Below, in pieces: positions 51,201 to 64,000 of a stretch of 64,000 nucleotides of DNA; the first letter of the stretch is position 1; the number at the start of each line of letters is the position of its first letter. The stretch covers positions 98,706,001 to 98,770,000 of the forward strand of contig CM052817.1 in assembly GCA_028534125.1 (NCBI GenBank), in the 5' to 3' direction. Source of the DNA: Lama glama. Taxonomy: Eukaryota. The notes under the pieces were generated by a model that was given only the letters and a program-made list of their open reading frames with translations, was not told the DNA's origin and made no database searches. Made by a program: the position numbers and the translations under genes.

Positions 51201-53230
51201 AAGGCCAGTAGCTGGAAGGTTCCACATGAACCTTATAATGCATATGAAACACTTAGCCGAGTCCTAGCATGCAGGGGCTCTTTGATAAGTGGTGGTCATC
51301 TTCAAGTGGTTTGGTCTTAAACCAAAATATGTGTCCTTGTGACTCGCCCCCTGTAATTGTAGAGCTACCACTTGGAGCTCCATGGTGGTCCTTCAGACAT
51401 TTAAGACAGGGGTCATGCTTTCCTCTACTCTTTCCACTTCTCACCCATCCCCTAAACATCACCACTTTTTTGGACAAACATCTGGTTTCTGAATTCTTCA
51501 TCTCTTGTACTGAATCTTTTCGAGCTGTTTTCATGATCAGTCACTTGCTTAGAAATGGGGCCAAGTCTTCTTCTTAGACTCACAGTGAGTTTTAAGGGAC
51601 AGGGGAGGAAGGTGTTAAGCAAAGGTCTCCAGAAGCTGGGGAAACTCTGAAGGGAGATTTTACCTCTACTCAGATATGATTCGATTGAAGGACTGGCCCT
51701 ATATATCATTATGCCCCAGTTTATTTACAAATATTGTTAGATGGGCACGTTTTGGTTTGAAGATCTCTTAATATCATTAAAATTGCAGTATTCCTCAAAC
51801 TTTTGTAATGTTTGGGATAATTAAAATTGAAAAACAGTGTAAAAACCTAACAGCCAAGTTGCAGAAGCCCAGCACTTCCTTAATCACTTTGAATGCACTG
51901 TAGCTTAAATATAAAAGTAGTTGTACTTATGCACATAGGTCTTACACACCAATATAACCCAAACAAATTGATAACCTAAAAACCAACAAAACTGTATAGC
52001 CAATAAAAATGTAGAATAGCAACATAAAGCTACAGATTCTATTGCTCTAACTGAATTGTTGTTCCCAGTGTGGCCGCGGTGCTGAAGGCTGAATTCGGTG
52101 TGCTGTATTTCAGAATGCCGTGTAGTGAGTCAGCTTTCTCCCATTAAAGCCCAGCAAAGTTACATCACTTGATGCAGAAGGAGTTGAGGCTGTGGACACA
52201 GAGTGGCCTGGCTGTGTTTGATTTAGAAGTTAGCCATTCACATGTTCCAGAATAGGATGGTAAAAACATTTTAAGTCTTATCAAAATGAGTGCAGAATTA
52301 AAAACTGTTATGATGATCTCTTGTAGATTGTTGGCTCAGGTTTGAGGAGCAAGAAACAGAGTGGATCTGATCTCCAGGTTCCACCCTACCAGGAGATGAG
52401 AGAGGATTTTTTTTTTCCCAGTGGAAATACTTTTGGTTAGTGAGTAGCATTTTTGTTTTTACTTTTACATAATTTCTTCGGTTTTAACTCCTCCTAAATA
52501 TCAGTTCTGAAGCATGGCCATACTTCTTCCTAGACGTTCAGATGTTTGATGGAGCTTTTCTACCCTTTCTCAGCAGAAGGTATCGCAGCTGGTACCACTG
52601 GATGCGACTTTAGGAGGCAAGTTGTTTTCAGCCACTTGCCTTCAGATATGCTGAAGGAGCACCAATCATAGAGACGAAAGATCTCATTTTGTCCTCAGCC
52701 CTGCCCTGCAGGAAAGGCTGTTCTATTCATTCTGTGAATGTGGCAGCAATTCACACCAGATGCGCACAGACTGGGCACAGCATCCAAGCGAAAGCAGTGT
52801 ACTTTGTGGTGCTCTGCTGGTTCCCATAAGGTTAAATTCTGGGCACTGTATGACTTGGGTAGAAAACCCAATTAAGTTGTTTGCAACAACAGAGCAGTAA
52901 GTCAGTCTGACTTTTCCTTACCTTGTGTTTTTCTTAACCAACTGGGTGTGGAAACTTGTCTTCAATGTGCTTTAGGTGGAGATGTGCACATTGTAATCCA
53001 CCCAGCAGGACAGTCTCACAAACGTATTGATTCAGGACAGTAAACCATCTCATAGATGTAGCATTCCCAAATTTATTTTCCTTGGTTACATTCCTTTGGA
53101 AGTAATTTTTTCCTCAATTTTAGAAGTTAGGAAAAAGTTTATGTTTCTAAGATTTTTGCTGATATTAGACATTAAGTGTCAGCCATGCTTTCTTCTCTTT
53201 CCGTTTTTTCCTCTTCTGTGTTACCATATT

Positions 53231-53252
53231 TGTGTGTGTGTGTGTGTGTGTG
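53231..53252. repeat. (TG)11 microsatellite
   Basis: Direct reading. Confidence 0.9.
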
Positions 53253-54149
53253 GTGTGGGAGGGGCTTTTCTTTAAGCTTGACGAGTCCTTGCACTTTAGA
53301 CTTGTAAACAAGTTTTCTTTTTCATCATGAAGTTCGGTGCTTGCTTCTACTCCGAGTTAGGTATCGTCTCAACGTCCAAATTTTGTATAACTGATTTTCT
53401 GCCATGAATGTCAAAAATGGTTCATAATTACAAGCTAATTAGTAGTGTCAGGTAGTTAATGTAAATATTTTAACAAAGACCAATGAGAGACTTTTGTAGG
53501 AATTGATAGAAGAGTAGGCTAATACATAGAAATGTGGAATTTCCCACTGCGTACGTTTGCATTTAGCTACTTGTAATTTCTAACAGTAAATTGACATCTT
53601 AAACATTGAGAGGTTACTGTGAGTTAGCTAATAAAATATAGTTTATATATAATACACAAAACCCTATATTTGTAAAGACACATACACATGTGTTCCATTG
53701 ATTAAAGGACACATTGCATTTTTTGCACTGCAGTGCCATTGACCCTTGATGTTTTGATGGTCTGAAGTGAAAAAAAAACCTGTTGGTGGGTATGAGGCAG
53801 CCCTCAAAGCCCGCTTGTTTTGCTATGTGCCTTACGTTGCCTCTTGATGGACTGTTATGACCGAAGAGGGTCTCAGACCACACACGACATCCTTTAGGAG
53901 CCGGTGCCTGCACCTTTCACCGTCATTCAGCATGAACACCTACACTGTGCAAATGTTTTACTTAGAAGTGATGCAGACCCAAACCATGAGGCATAAAATT
54001 TGTTTTGGAAATAAGCATTTTTGTCATTACTTTGGCAAACGAATTTTGAGTGCCTGCTGTATACCAGGTGCTGTGCTAGATGTGGGTGGTGTGAACACGG
54101 CACGTTCAGTGTTTTCAGGGAGCTTCCAGTCTAGGCGGTAGTTTGTAAC

Positions 54150-54314
54150 CAGAGATTGTTTTCAGAGTCACCTGTGAAATCAGGAAACTTTACCCCCATG
54201 TTCTGGTCCCACTGTCGGGAGATTCTGATTCAGTTGAACGTGGTGAGGCCTGGGCATCTGTCCTCCTACAACAAAATCTCCTGACTGAAAAACATTCTCC
54301 TCTAAGAACCACTG
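54150..54314. mobile_element. MER5A-like element
   Basis: agagtcacctg...gagattctgattcagtt...aagaaccactg. Confidence 0.7.
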
Positions 54315-54399
54315 GAAGAGACAAGGAGTAAGTGATTTTGAGAAATTTGCACTTTGTAGGCTCAGGATACAATAGGTACACCGAAGGGTGACATAATTT

Positions 54400-55095
54400 T
54401 TTAAACTTTATTTTTAAATTCTGAAATGTATATCTACAGAAAGTTCATAAAACATGTACAGCCCATGAGTTATTATGAAGTGAGCACCCCTGTGACTACC
54501 AGCCCTATCAAGAAATAGAGTATTGCCAGCAACCGAGAAGCTCTCCCTGTGTCTCTTCCTGGCTCTTCTCAAGGTGACAATAGCCTGACTTGCTTTCCTT
54601 TGTATTTTTACCACCAATGAAGGCATCGCTAATCAGTATAGTTTAATTTTATCTGTACTGAACTCTAAAGAGATTAAGTCCTACTGCATGTATGCTTTTG
54701 TCATCTTTTGCTCCCCGTGATTTGTAAAATGCATCCCGGTTGTTGTGCACAGCGTGTTTGTTCATTTTCCTTACTGCGCGGTAGCAGTACGTCATGTGAA
54801 CACGCCACATCTGTGCGGTATTCTCTTGTTGATGGGTATGTGGATTGATTCTTATGTTAAGCTTCTGAGCAGTACTTCTGTGAACATATGTTTGTGAGTG
54901 TATGTTCTAGTGCCCATGTCCCTCCGTTTCTCCAAGGCACTTTCCTGGGGTGGAAGCATATATGATGTATATGTTGTCAGCTTTTCACTAGGTAACGCCC
55001 ACCTGTTTTTCCTAAGTGATTGGACCAATTTAAAACACATGGAAGTTCCAGCAATACATCAAAAGTTCCTGTTGCTTTACCTCCTTGCCAGGGGT
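54400..55095 (-). mobile_element. L1ME-like 3' end
   Basis: attatgaagtgagcacccctgtgactacca...catcccggttgttgtgcacag...ctcttgttgatgggt. Confidence 0.75.
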
Positions 55096-55099
55096 GATT

Positions 55100-56520
55100 A
55101 ATCTTGACTGGGCAGTAAAGATGAGATAAGGAGAGAGGAGGAGGAAGGCTATTTCAAGTATAAGAAGGAACGAGCATAAGAGGGTGTGATGAGTTTGGGA
55201 GGAAATTGCAAATATGCTGATATGACACTAACTTAGGAACCTCTGGGAAAGTGGCAGGAGAGGAGATGGAATATGTAATGTGCTGGGGAGTGTGGCCTTT
55301 ATTCTGAAGGCAGCAAAGCAGGCAAAAGACATCAGATCTACAGTTTTTAAAACTTGCTGTGACAGCTGTGTGGAGGGGGCGAGGCCCGGTGTAGGCAGCT
55401 CAATTCCTCTCATCCAGGGAGAAATGAGAGAAGGCAGGGCTGAAGGGGCTGGGTTCCAGAGATGCTTAGACCAAAGTCAACAGTTTTGCCAGTTCTGTTG
55501 AATGTGGGGAAAGAGAAGAGAGACAGGAGTCTTGGTTTTTGCCTGGGTGACTGTATAGGTGGTGATTTCATTCAGTTAGGTGGGGGATTGCTGAAGAGGA
55601 GAGTTGAAGGCTGGTCTGTGGTCTGGGGGCGAGGGGGGAGGGCAGAGCAGTAAAGTGAAGTTAGTTTTAGACCTGTGGCATGTGAAATATCCATCGATTC
55701 TCTAATAGAGATGTTCTGGAAGTGGTTTGAACTCGAAGAAAGGACTAGGCTGGAGGTGTCATCATAGTCTGGGTGGTGGTTGAAGCCGTGGGCGGGTGGA
55801 TGCAGCTGCCCATGAAGAATCAAAGGAGGATGATGATGGGGGAGGAGGGAGTGAAGAAAGGGACCCTGAAAAGCAGACCAAGAAGGGGCAACCAGAGAAG
55901 TTAAGAGGTAAGCTGAAAGAAATCAGATTGTGGAAGCTAAGGAAGGAAAGGATTTGTGGGAAGAGAATCTTGGCTGGTGCCCAGTGCCCTCAGAAGACAC
56001 TAAGTGAAGTGACAGGATGTGCTTTGCGTTTGGCAGTCAGGAGGGACATGCTCGGGCATCAGAGTGTTTCAGCCAGGGGAGTGCAGGGAGCGAAGGTGAT
56101 GCCGCAGTGGCTGAGGACGAAGAGTGGGCGAGGAAATGGAAAAAACCAGACGAGGAGGCTCCCTAACTTGGCAGTGAATGCACGCCAAAAGCACATTAGG
56201 TAGAGTGGAGCGAGGACTGAAGGAGGGGATTGTGTGTGTGAAGGTGGAGACACTTGTACATAACCCTGTAGAGGGCTGTGTAGCTGAACATAGGAGAGGA
56301 GATGAGTGTCCCCAGAACTCAGCATGAGGAGCGGGAAGGACCTGGCACTGGCTGGGGGAGGGACCTGGCATTGACTAGGGGGAGGGTACCCTTGTCAGCG
56401 AAAAAAGAGAGGAGGTGAGGAAGCTGGCACAGACTGAAATATATCTGTAGGGATGAAGGTTTTCAGAGAACAAGAAATTGGGAGAATTCCTAGCTTTTAA
56501 TAGCCTCTTGCCTCTTAAAC
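55100..56520 (-). mobile_element. L2, long fragment
   Basis: gagttagttttagacctgtggcatgtgaaatatcc...aggactaggctggagg...gaagctaaggaaggaaag...tttggcagtcaggagg. Confidence 0.75.
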
Positions 56521-56814
56521 AGGAGGCAGTTTGGTTGAGTAAGGACGAAAATTAATGGGTAACAAGTACCCAGACTGTAGGACACAGTTGTAGACACTTA
56601 GCCTGTCCATCTGCTGCATAGGAAGTAATGCAGAATGTCTTGGAACAGATGTCGGTGGTAAGAAGCCAAAGCGATGCTGCTGGAGAGAGTCCAAGGAAGT
56701 GGACAGACTTTCTATTCCGTACTGTGTTTGAGAACAGTTGAGGTGCATAACCGCTTCATGCTTCTCTCCAGCCTCCTTCTATATAGAAAACGAATCCTCT
56801 TTAAAAAAAAATAA

Positions 56815-57240
56815 GATTATTGGACTATAGTTGACTAACAGTATTTTTTTCATTTAATTTTTAAAAATATTTTTACTGAAGTATAGTCATTTTACAATGT
56901 TGTGTCAATTTCTGGCATACAGCACAATACTTCAGTCATGTAGAAACCTACATATAATAATTTTCATATTCTTTGTAACCATAAGTTACTACAAGATATT
57001 GAATATAGTTCTCTGTGTTATACAATATAAACTTGTTTATCTGATTGACTAACAGTGTTAGTTTCAGATGCATGACAGTGATTTGATATTTTTATAGATT
57101 ACACACCATACAAAGTTATCATAAAATATTGACTATATTCTATACGACTTATTTTATAACTTGTAGTTTGTAACTCTTAATCCTCTTCGCCCATTTGCCC
57201 CCCCGCCACTGCCCTCCTCTCTGGTTTGTTCTCTGTAGTA
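56815..57240 (-). mobile_element. Young L1 3' end nested inside an older L1 3' end
   Basis: TSD ttgactaacagt at 56831-56842 and 57045-57056 flanks the inner antisense L1 tail. Confidence 0.8.
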
Positions 57241-57324
57241 CACATCCTTTTCTGTATAGTATTCTATAACTATAGATCATAACTTCCAAAATGATTTCCC
57301 ACCGATGTCTTATGGTCGAAGAAC

Positions 57325-57890
57325 TGTTATTAGAAACACACACAGAGAGAAGTGAAATATGTATGTGTGTGCATGTGTATCTCAACTGCCTTCAGCGAGA
57401 GACCACCAAGAGCAGACCTAGAGCTGGACAGGCTGAGTTTACCCCTCCCTGCAGCAGGGACGCATGGATGTTAGAGGATGCCTCGGGGCATCTGGTAAGA
57501 GGGTGTCAGAGCTATCAGAGGAGTGGGGCTTTGGATAATTTCAAGGAGGCTCTAAGGAAGCAGGGACTCATTCTGTATTGGGTGCTGTCAGAGGAGGACA
57601 ATTCTGTGATTGAGTATCTCATTAAATCTTATTCACAGGGAGGGCAGACCAGAGTGAGGAAAAATCTATAATTGGTTAAGAAGTGGCAGCCACTCATTGA
57701 AGGAGTTTGTTTTTGTGTCACTTGATCATAGTCTCAGAGTGACTTCATTTGCTATAGATATTCTATGAGATGATATCCAGAGAAGAACACAGATCTGACT
57801 GTGAGCATCAGACCAGCTTGTAGTGGCATCAGGATCTAGCTGTGAATGTCAGATCAATTTGGGACCTCGAGGACTGCTTTATTTTTCCTG
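57325..57890 (-). mobile_element. Old ERV1-type LTR (MER90-like)
   Basis: gagaccaccaagagcagacc...attgggtgctgtcag...aattctgtgattgagtatctcattaaatcttat. Confidence 0.5.
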
Positions 57891-58553
57891 TATCCATATA
57901 TGATGTTTATATAGATACATACAGTTGTATCTTTAACTCTCATTTTTAAATGAGATGTTTATTCCTTTCCTTGTTCTGGTGGGTGCAGTTTTAATGAGTA
58001 TTGGTAAGAGTTTAAAAAATTCTCTCATCACGTAATATTTCATCAATATATCAAGACTCATGACTTCAGGATATACTTTTTCAGCTGTCTCAGTAGCAGA
58101 AAATGCACTACCATTTGGGAAACCTGTTCTCCCTCTGGGGAGTGAGCAGAGAACAGAAGACTCTTGCATTGATCCAGGTGGAAGTGGGTGCCATTGAGGG
58201 CAGAGAGGAGGGGCAGTTTTAGGAAAACTTGGAAGATGGAGTGGACAGAACGTGAGACCAGAGCATGGTGTGTAGGGAAGCCGCCGGGAGGGTGAGGGGT
58301 GACGGTTCCTAGCTGAGGCGTGTGAGTAGGAAGTGATGCTCCTCACCAGGACTGGGGGGAGAAGTGACAAGTTGGCAGGTGGGGAATAAATCTTAAACAA
58401 GAATCCCTACAGTGAATGAATCTGGTTGGGGAGAGACTAACTGCTCTCAGTCAATCTTGTAGGTGCCGAGTGTCTAACAAAAAATAAGATTTTATTGATT
58501 GATTAACAGCAAGAGCTGTAACTGCCTAAGGAACCCAAACCTTAACTTGTTTT

Positions 58554-59004
58554 GTTTGTTTGTTTTGTTTTTTAATGTTTTTTATTGATTTATAATCATT
58601 TTACAATGCTGTATCAAATTCCAGTGTAGAGCACAATTTTTCAGTTATACATGAACATATATATATTCATTGTCACATTTTTTTCTCCGTGAGCTACCAT
58701 AAAATTTTATATTTATTTCCCTGTGCTATACTGTATAATCTTATTTATCTATTCTACAATTTTGAAATCCCAGTCTATCCCTTCCCTCCCTCCGCCACCC
58801 TGGCAACCACAAGCTTGTATTCTATGTCTGTGAGTCTATTTCTGTTTTGTATTTATGCTTTGTTTGTGTTTTTTTTTTTTTTTTTTTAGATTCCACATAT
58901 GAGCGATCTCATATGGTATTTTTCTTTCTCTTTTTGGCTTACTTCACTTAGAATGACATTCTCCAGGAGCATCCATGTTGCTGCAAATGGCATTAGGGTT
59001 AGGG
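58554..59004 (-). mobile_element. Young 5'-truncated L1 3' end with 12-bp TSD
   Basis: Antisense L1 3' UTR (ttagattccacatatgagcgatctcatatggtattt...catccatgttgctgcaaatggca); TSD ttaacttgtttt at 58542-58553 and 59005-59016. Confidence 0.9.
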
Positions 59005-61447
59005 TTAACTTGTTTTATCAGCATATTCTCTCCATGTAGACAAATCCATGTAAATAACAAAATCTTAATCAGGAGATTGTTTGATGGTGGGGGTAGGGCG
59101 ACAGTGTAGCACGGGAAGCTGGCCTGGGGATCTTGGTGACTCCTGTTACCATGGTCTGACATCTGTACTGTATGGATTTATGTGCCCAGTGTACAGAAAC
59201 ACAGGTCTGACCTCAGAACCATGTCTCGAAACTTCGTGCTGAAATGTTGAGTGCCAAGGTGGGTCTCACGTCATGTCAGCACCTAGCACGTGAGCTGACG
59301 CATAGCAGGGACTCAGTGCAGGCTGTGAGGTGGGAGTCTGGGCTTAACAGAAGAGTACTCTGTTTGTACTTAACTAGCATTTGTGTCTGCTTTTAGGTGC
59401 AGGAAAGGGTGAGGCTCTGTCAAGCAGGCACTTGCCAGCCCTGGTTCAAAACTTTCCATGTTTATTATAGGATTGATCTACAAGGTTTTAATGAAAGCAT
59501 TTTTATGAAGAGAGGAAGGGAGTTAAAGTTTTTCTGTAACCACATGCAAACAAATGAAAAGAGAGGCTTCCTATGCCTGTTTTCGTTCTGACATGCTGAG
59601 CCCATGTAAAGAGGCAAAATACAGACAAATGTAAAAGGCAGCTCTCCTGGCTGATCTGCCACTTTTGCAGGGACGGGGTTGGTCCAGGTAACCTGATGTA
59701 TTAAATTTGCTCTTGTATTGCCATTGTCATTTCTCTTTATACTGGGAAAGGCTTTCCCCCAGCTGACTCTCCCTGGCCTTAAAAAAAAAAAAGTTTACTT
59801 GTTGCTGAGACTCCATGTTTATCTTCCATGTTGAAATTTTGGATCAAAACACAGTGGGATTTTCAGCATAGGTAAAAATAGTAAGAGCTTTTCAACGTGA
59901 GAGTGGTTTTCTCTATACAATTAAAGCAAAACCATTATGATTTACTTTAGCTCATTAGTACATGCATGCGATGTGTAGTTCTGTTTTGTGAAATTTATAC
60001 GTACTTTTAAAATTACATGCCATTTTCCCAGATGATTACACTGTGAAAAACTCTGTGTACAGAATTGAATAATCTCTAACTGAATGGTGATGGTTGGGCT
60101 AGATTTCACATTATTGACGTAGAGGCAGCATTAAAGCCTGTGACTGGCTCCCTACATTGCTTGGGAATGTTACACCTTTAAACAGAAGACACCACTCCTC
60201 TTTTCAGATCCTTCTTATATGTCTGACCCGTTACTGAATTGTCCATGTGCCTTTGGGAGTCTTTAAGTTCTCCATTAATCAGGATTTCAAGAATAGCCTG
60301 ATAATAGTTAAATACAATATTTGTATTAACAGGCTTTTCTCAAGAATTCCCTTTCACTATGTTGGGTTTTTGTTTTTGTTGTTTTTGTTTTTGTTTTGCT
60401 TTTAGCATTTAAGGCTTGTACCGTGTACTGTATTAAGAAGGAGGCCATTATACTGAATATGTGAAAAAATAATGGATTCTTTTTGAGTTACAGGATACCT
60501 TAGAGAAAATCTTAGAGTGCAGCTCCTTTATCTTCTGTGCCAGAAAGTTGAGACTCAAAGAATTGGGTGACGTCTGAGTTTCCTGAAAGAAAAATCGTGA
60601 TTTTTTTTCTGACATATATTTATGAAAATTATTATTTTTCAACATATACTTTTAGAACTTAATGAACATTGAATCATTTAACCAATTGACAAATAGTATA
60701 GTTTTTATGTTTAGTAAAAATTAAGAAGGCTACGTGAGTAGTGAACACATCACTTTACTTAATATCCTTCCCCATATAAGCCATTATAGAAGAGACTGTC
60801 CATTTAATTATTTTAAATTCACATTCTTCAATTAGGAAAAAATAATGCTTGAGGTTTGTTTCTTTGAGCTGTCAAAACTCTTCCTTCGTTTTTGCAGTGC
60901 TTCAGTAATTTTGTACATGATCATGTAACTGAATAGAATTTAGTCAGCTATGTGAATTTTGTAGTGATTTTTCTTTGATTAGGACTGAAATGTCTAGTTG
61001 GAAAGAGGAGAAAATGTTTTATTTCTTTATGTGAATATATTGTTTTGTGATAGAGTTACTTCTCCCAGAATGAGACAGTAACAATTAAATTACTTAATGG
61101 ACTTTCGGAACTAGGGAGTGCCTCGGAATTCACCTGGTTCAACAGCTCCAACTTGACAGACGATGATGTAGAGAAGCAGAATGCAGGGGGCTTATCCAGG
61201 GTGACATTTGATCAGAATAAAACCCAGATTCTTTCTAGTTTCTTTGCCCAGTGCATTTCACTCTGTAATGCACGCTATTCTCTCAAAACTAACCTGGATG
61301 CTATTAAAAGAACGGGGTGTGGGAAGAATGCCAAACCTGTTAAGTTTAGGAGTTTGCTCATTGGGTTTCCAGCATTTGTGCTTCATACAGAATGCCCCTG
61401 TGGTGGGGGTAATAACCACGCTGATAAAACTGATTTTTGCTTTTTAG

Positions 61448-61782
61448 GTGAGAGTTACGTGTGCGCATCGAACGAACCGTTCCGTAAAGTTGATTACACC
61501 AAAAACGTTAATCCGAACTGGTCTGTGAACATCAAAGGTGGGACCCCTCGGGCCTTGGCTGCCCCCTCCTCGGTGAAGAGTGAGGTGAAGGAAAGTAAAG
61601 ATTTCATCAAACCCAAGTTAGTGACTGTGATTCGAAGTGGAGTGAAGCCTAGGAAAGCTGTGCGGATCCTTCTCAATAAGAAGACTGCTCATTCCTTTGA
61701 ACAGGTCTTAACAGATATCACCGAAGCCATTAAACTGGACTCAGGAGTGGTCAAGAGGCTCTGCACGCTGGACGGGAAGCAG
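61448..61782 (+). CDS. DCLK2: DCLK2 coding exon 2: end of DCX1, linker and most of DCX2
   Basis: Acceptor ttttgctttttag at 61447; phase fits exon 1 (G+GT = Gly). Translates [28 protein letters not shown]...[62 protein letters not shown]. Donor CAG|gtaaga at 61783; 335 nt. Confidence 0.97.
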
Positions 61783-61946
61783 GTAAGATGTTTCTAGCCC
61801 CGTGCTTTCCATCTCACTTTTAACCTCTGCCTGTGCCTTGGTGGTTATGTATTTAACAATATGAATTTCATAGCTCATTGGAGTCATTCTGGTAGTCGGC
61901 TTGTGAGGTACTAGAAGTTATTCTAGCCTTCCATCCCATGAGGGGG

Positions 61947-61971
61947 TGTGTGTGTGTGTGTGTGTGTGTGT
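61947..61971. repeat. (TG)n microsatellite
   Basis: Direct reading. Confidence 0.9.
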
Positions 61972-62259
61972 CAGCCTTTTTGTGAAAATGTAACTGACTT
62001 ACCTGTCTTTTTACCCAAATATCTCAAAAATGAATGTAGAAAAATCTATCAGATACTTCTTATGGCCACTGGAAGGGAAATGTAGACTTCTGAAGGAAAA
62101 GTGTAGGTTGAGGAGGCTTCCTACATAAAGTGGAATATTCTCTATTTAAGAATAAGAACACCTATTGACTGATAGAGTCGTCATGGGCTTGGGTAAATCA
62201 CAGAAGTAAAAGATATTTCTCTTAGAAAAGTCTTTTTCTCCCTACTTATGTATAATATA

Positions 62260-64000
62260 GAAAATGCAGGTCAAGGAAAAGAAAGGACTTTTATAGGAAT
62301 GTCCACATGAGTTTTGTAGGGAACAATGGAGGAAATTAAGCAGCATTTCTGAAAGATATACACAAATTACACAGGAAAATGCAAGCCAAAGTATGGTAAC
62401 AATATACAAGGGAATCTGATAGACAGAAAAACAAAACAACAACAAAAAAAAACTGAGCAAATTGCAAGAATGCATGAATAGCAGTTACACAAATACTGAG
62501 TTTCACCACAATCAGATTATCATTCCTAAAGAGAAACATGTGGCTTCTAAAGTGTATTTTTTCCTAATTTCAATAAAGTTATGTCATTAGGTTTACATTG
62601 TATTGAACATTATAGTTTCCAACATTCGATTTGTTTCTTCATTCCATCTTGTTTCGCCCCTCTAACATAATTAATTTTATACTGAAGTGTTTGGCTCATG
62701 CTGTACTGAGAAGGAATAATATAAAACATTGGAGCAGTGTCTTCTGGAACAATACAAACTAGTTTTCTGATTTTCTAAGACCAGATCTGTTTACCAGGTT
62801 GTTTTCTTAAACATAAACGACATTTTTAAAATAGGTTCTGAAAATTCTAGCAGATTAGAGTGAGGTTACAATGACTTTTCTAATTAATTAAGCTAATGAT
62901 TAGACATAACACTTCATAGCGGCCTGCCCCAAGATAGGCTCTCAGTATGAATGGAAATAGACACTTTACAAATTGAGTTAATATAAGCACAGGATAACAC
63001 AAAACATCTTAAAGATTCACCCTGCAAGCAAGTGAAAATAAATTAGACCACAAGACAGGGGATATGGTAAATCAAAGAACTGATTCTTGGGGGACCCAGG
63101 GAAGGCAAGAAATGGAGAGGACAAATATTTAAGATGCCTAACGAAAAGAAAAATGAAAATCAAAGGTGTGCCAGATTGGAAAACATAAAAGTGTCATATA
63201 AACAGGAAATGCAGTTGAGATTTTAAAAATTGAAACAGATTTGGAAATCTCCAAATGAATGTTGTTCACGGAAAATATAAGTGAAATACAGAAATGGAAC
63301 ATCTAATTGAAATAGTGATCACTGAAATTTTAATAGTTATCCAAAAAAATTATCTTTGAAAAGCCCCAGATTAGAAGTATTTGTATGTAAAAAGCAACTC
63401 AAATCACCAACATATTAAAAAAGGTACACTGCTATGAGTAGACTTATGACAGGAACTAAAGGATGGCTTCCTATTAAGAAACCTGTTTATACATGAGATC
63501 TTGAAGAAAAAAGCGTAATGGTACAAACAGTCCCAAAAAGATGTTGCAAAGGCATTTGGCAAAATATGAATCCGTATCTAGTTAAAGATTTAGTAAGAAA
63601 AATGAAAGGTGAATTCTTTAATACACTAAAAAAAAAGAAGAATCTCTGTCTGAAACAAAACCACCCATATACTGGTAAACAAATTAGTGGAAGTATTTCT
63701 GTGTCAGTCAGGTACAAATAAGGACCTGGCAGCACTGGTATTGATCATTGTTCTATACATCCTTCCTGGTTTTTATTTAGTTTAATCGTAGTTTCAAGAA
63801 GGATCTAAATTTGTCTGCTTTTGGGTGAGGGGAGCAATACCCAACAAAGTAATTTTAAAAGTTAATCTGGAAAAATAAGCAGGAAAATTTTGGAAATAAT
63901 GATTAATGGGCTCTCCTGCTACCAGATATTAAATCATCATCCTCATGCCATACCAAAAATCAATTCCAGGTGTCTTAAAAATATAGATATCAAAAGGAGA
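62260..64000 (+). mobile_element. Highly decayed L1M fragments in DCLK2 intron 2
   Basis: A-rich ORF2-like stretches (aaatacagaaatggaac; cctcatgccataccaaaaatcaattccagg; ctaccagatattaaa). Confidence 0.55.

Larger units (their letters stand above)
44006..61447 (+). other. DCLK2: DCLK2 intron 1 (17,442 nt, GT-AG)
   Basis: Canonical donor and acceptor join the two exons in frame. Confidence 0.92.

Noticed and set aside
61153..61447. 98 open codons in frame upstream of DCLK2 exon 2
   Set aside because: Starts at TTG, no homology, and a strong acceptor at 61447 explains the exon boundary.
1..64000. CRISPR array, operon or other novel multi-gene system
   Set aside because: No regularly spaced repeats and no intact ORFs besides the DCLK2 exons; this is repeat-rich mammalian DNA.

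Overview
Mammalian genomic DNA, very probably a camelid (alpaca, llama or camel), judged from a camelid-type tRNA-derived SINE at 21273 and young L1 3' ends. The only intact gene is the 5' part of DCLK2 on the + strand: CpG-island promoter about 42.5-44.1 kb, coding exon 1 43585-44005, a 17.4 kb intron 1, coding exon 2 61448-61782. The rest is intergenic or intronic DNA rich in L1, L2, MIR, ERV/MaLR LTRs and DNA transposons, with two assembly gaps. I see no new multi-gene system. The most interesting signals are small retrotransposition events: a TSD-flanked TIMM13 retrocopy that seems to keep an intron end, telomeric TTAGGG repeats at an L1 5' junction, a TSD-flanked young/old L1 chimera, and an APOA4-like fragment inside an MLT2F LTR. 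Also notable: a PBX/MEIS motif array in a solo LTR, two uORFs in the DCLK2 leader, and two pre-miRNA-sized hairpins. Repeat subfamily names and orthologue comparisons are from memory and need RepeatMasker/BLAST; boundaries of old repeats are approximate.
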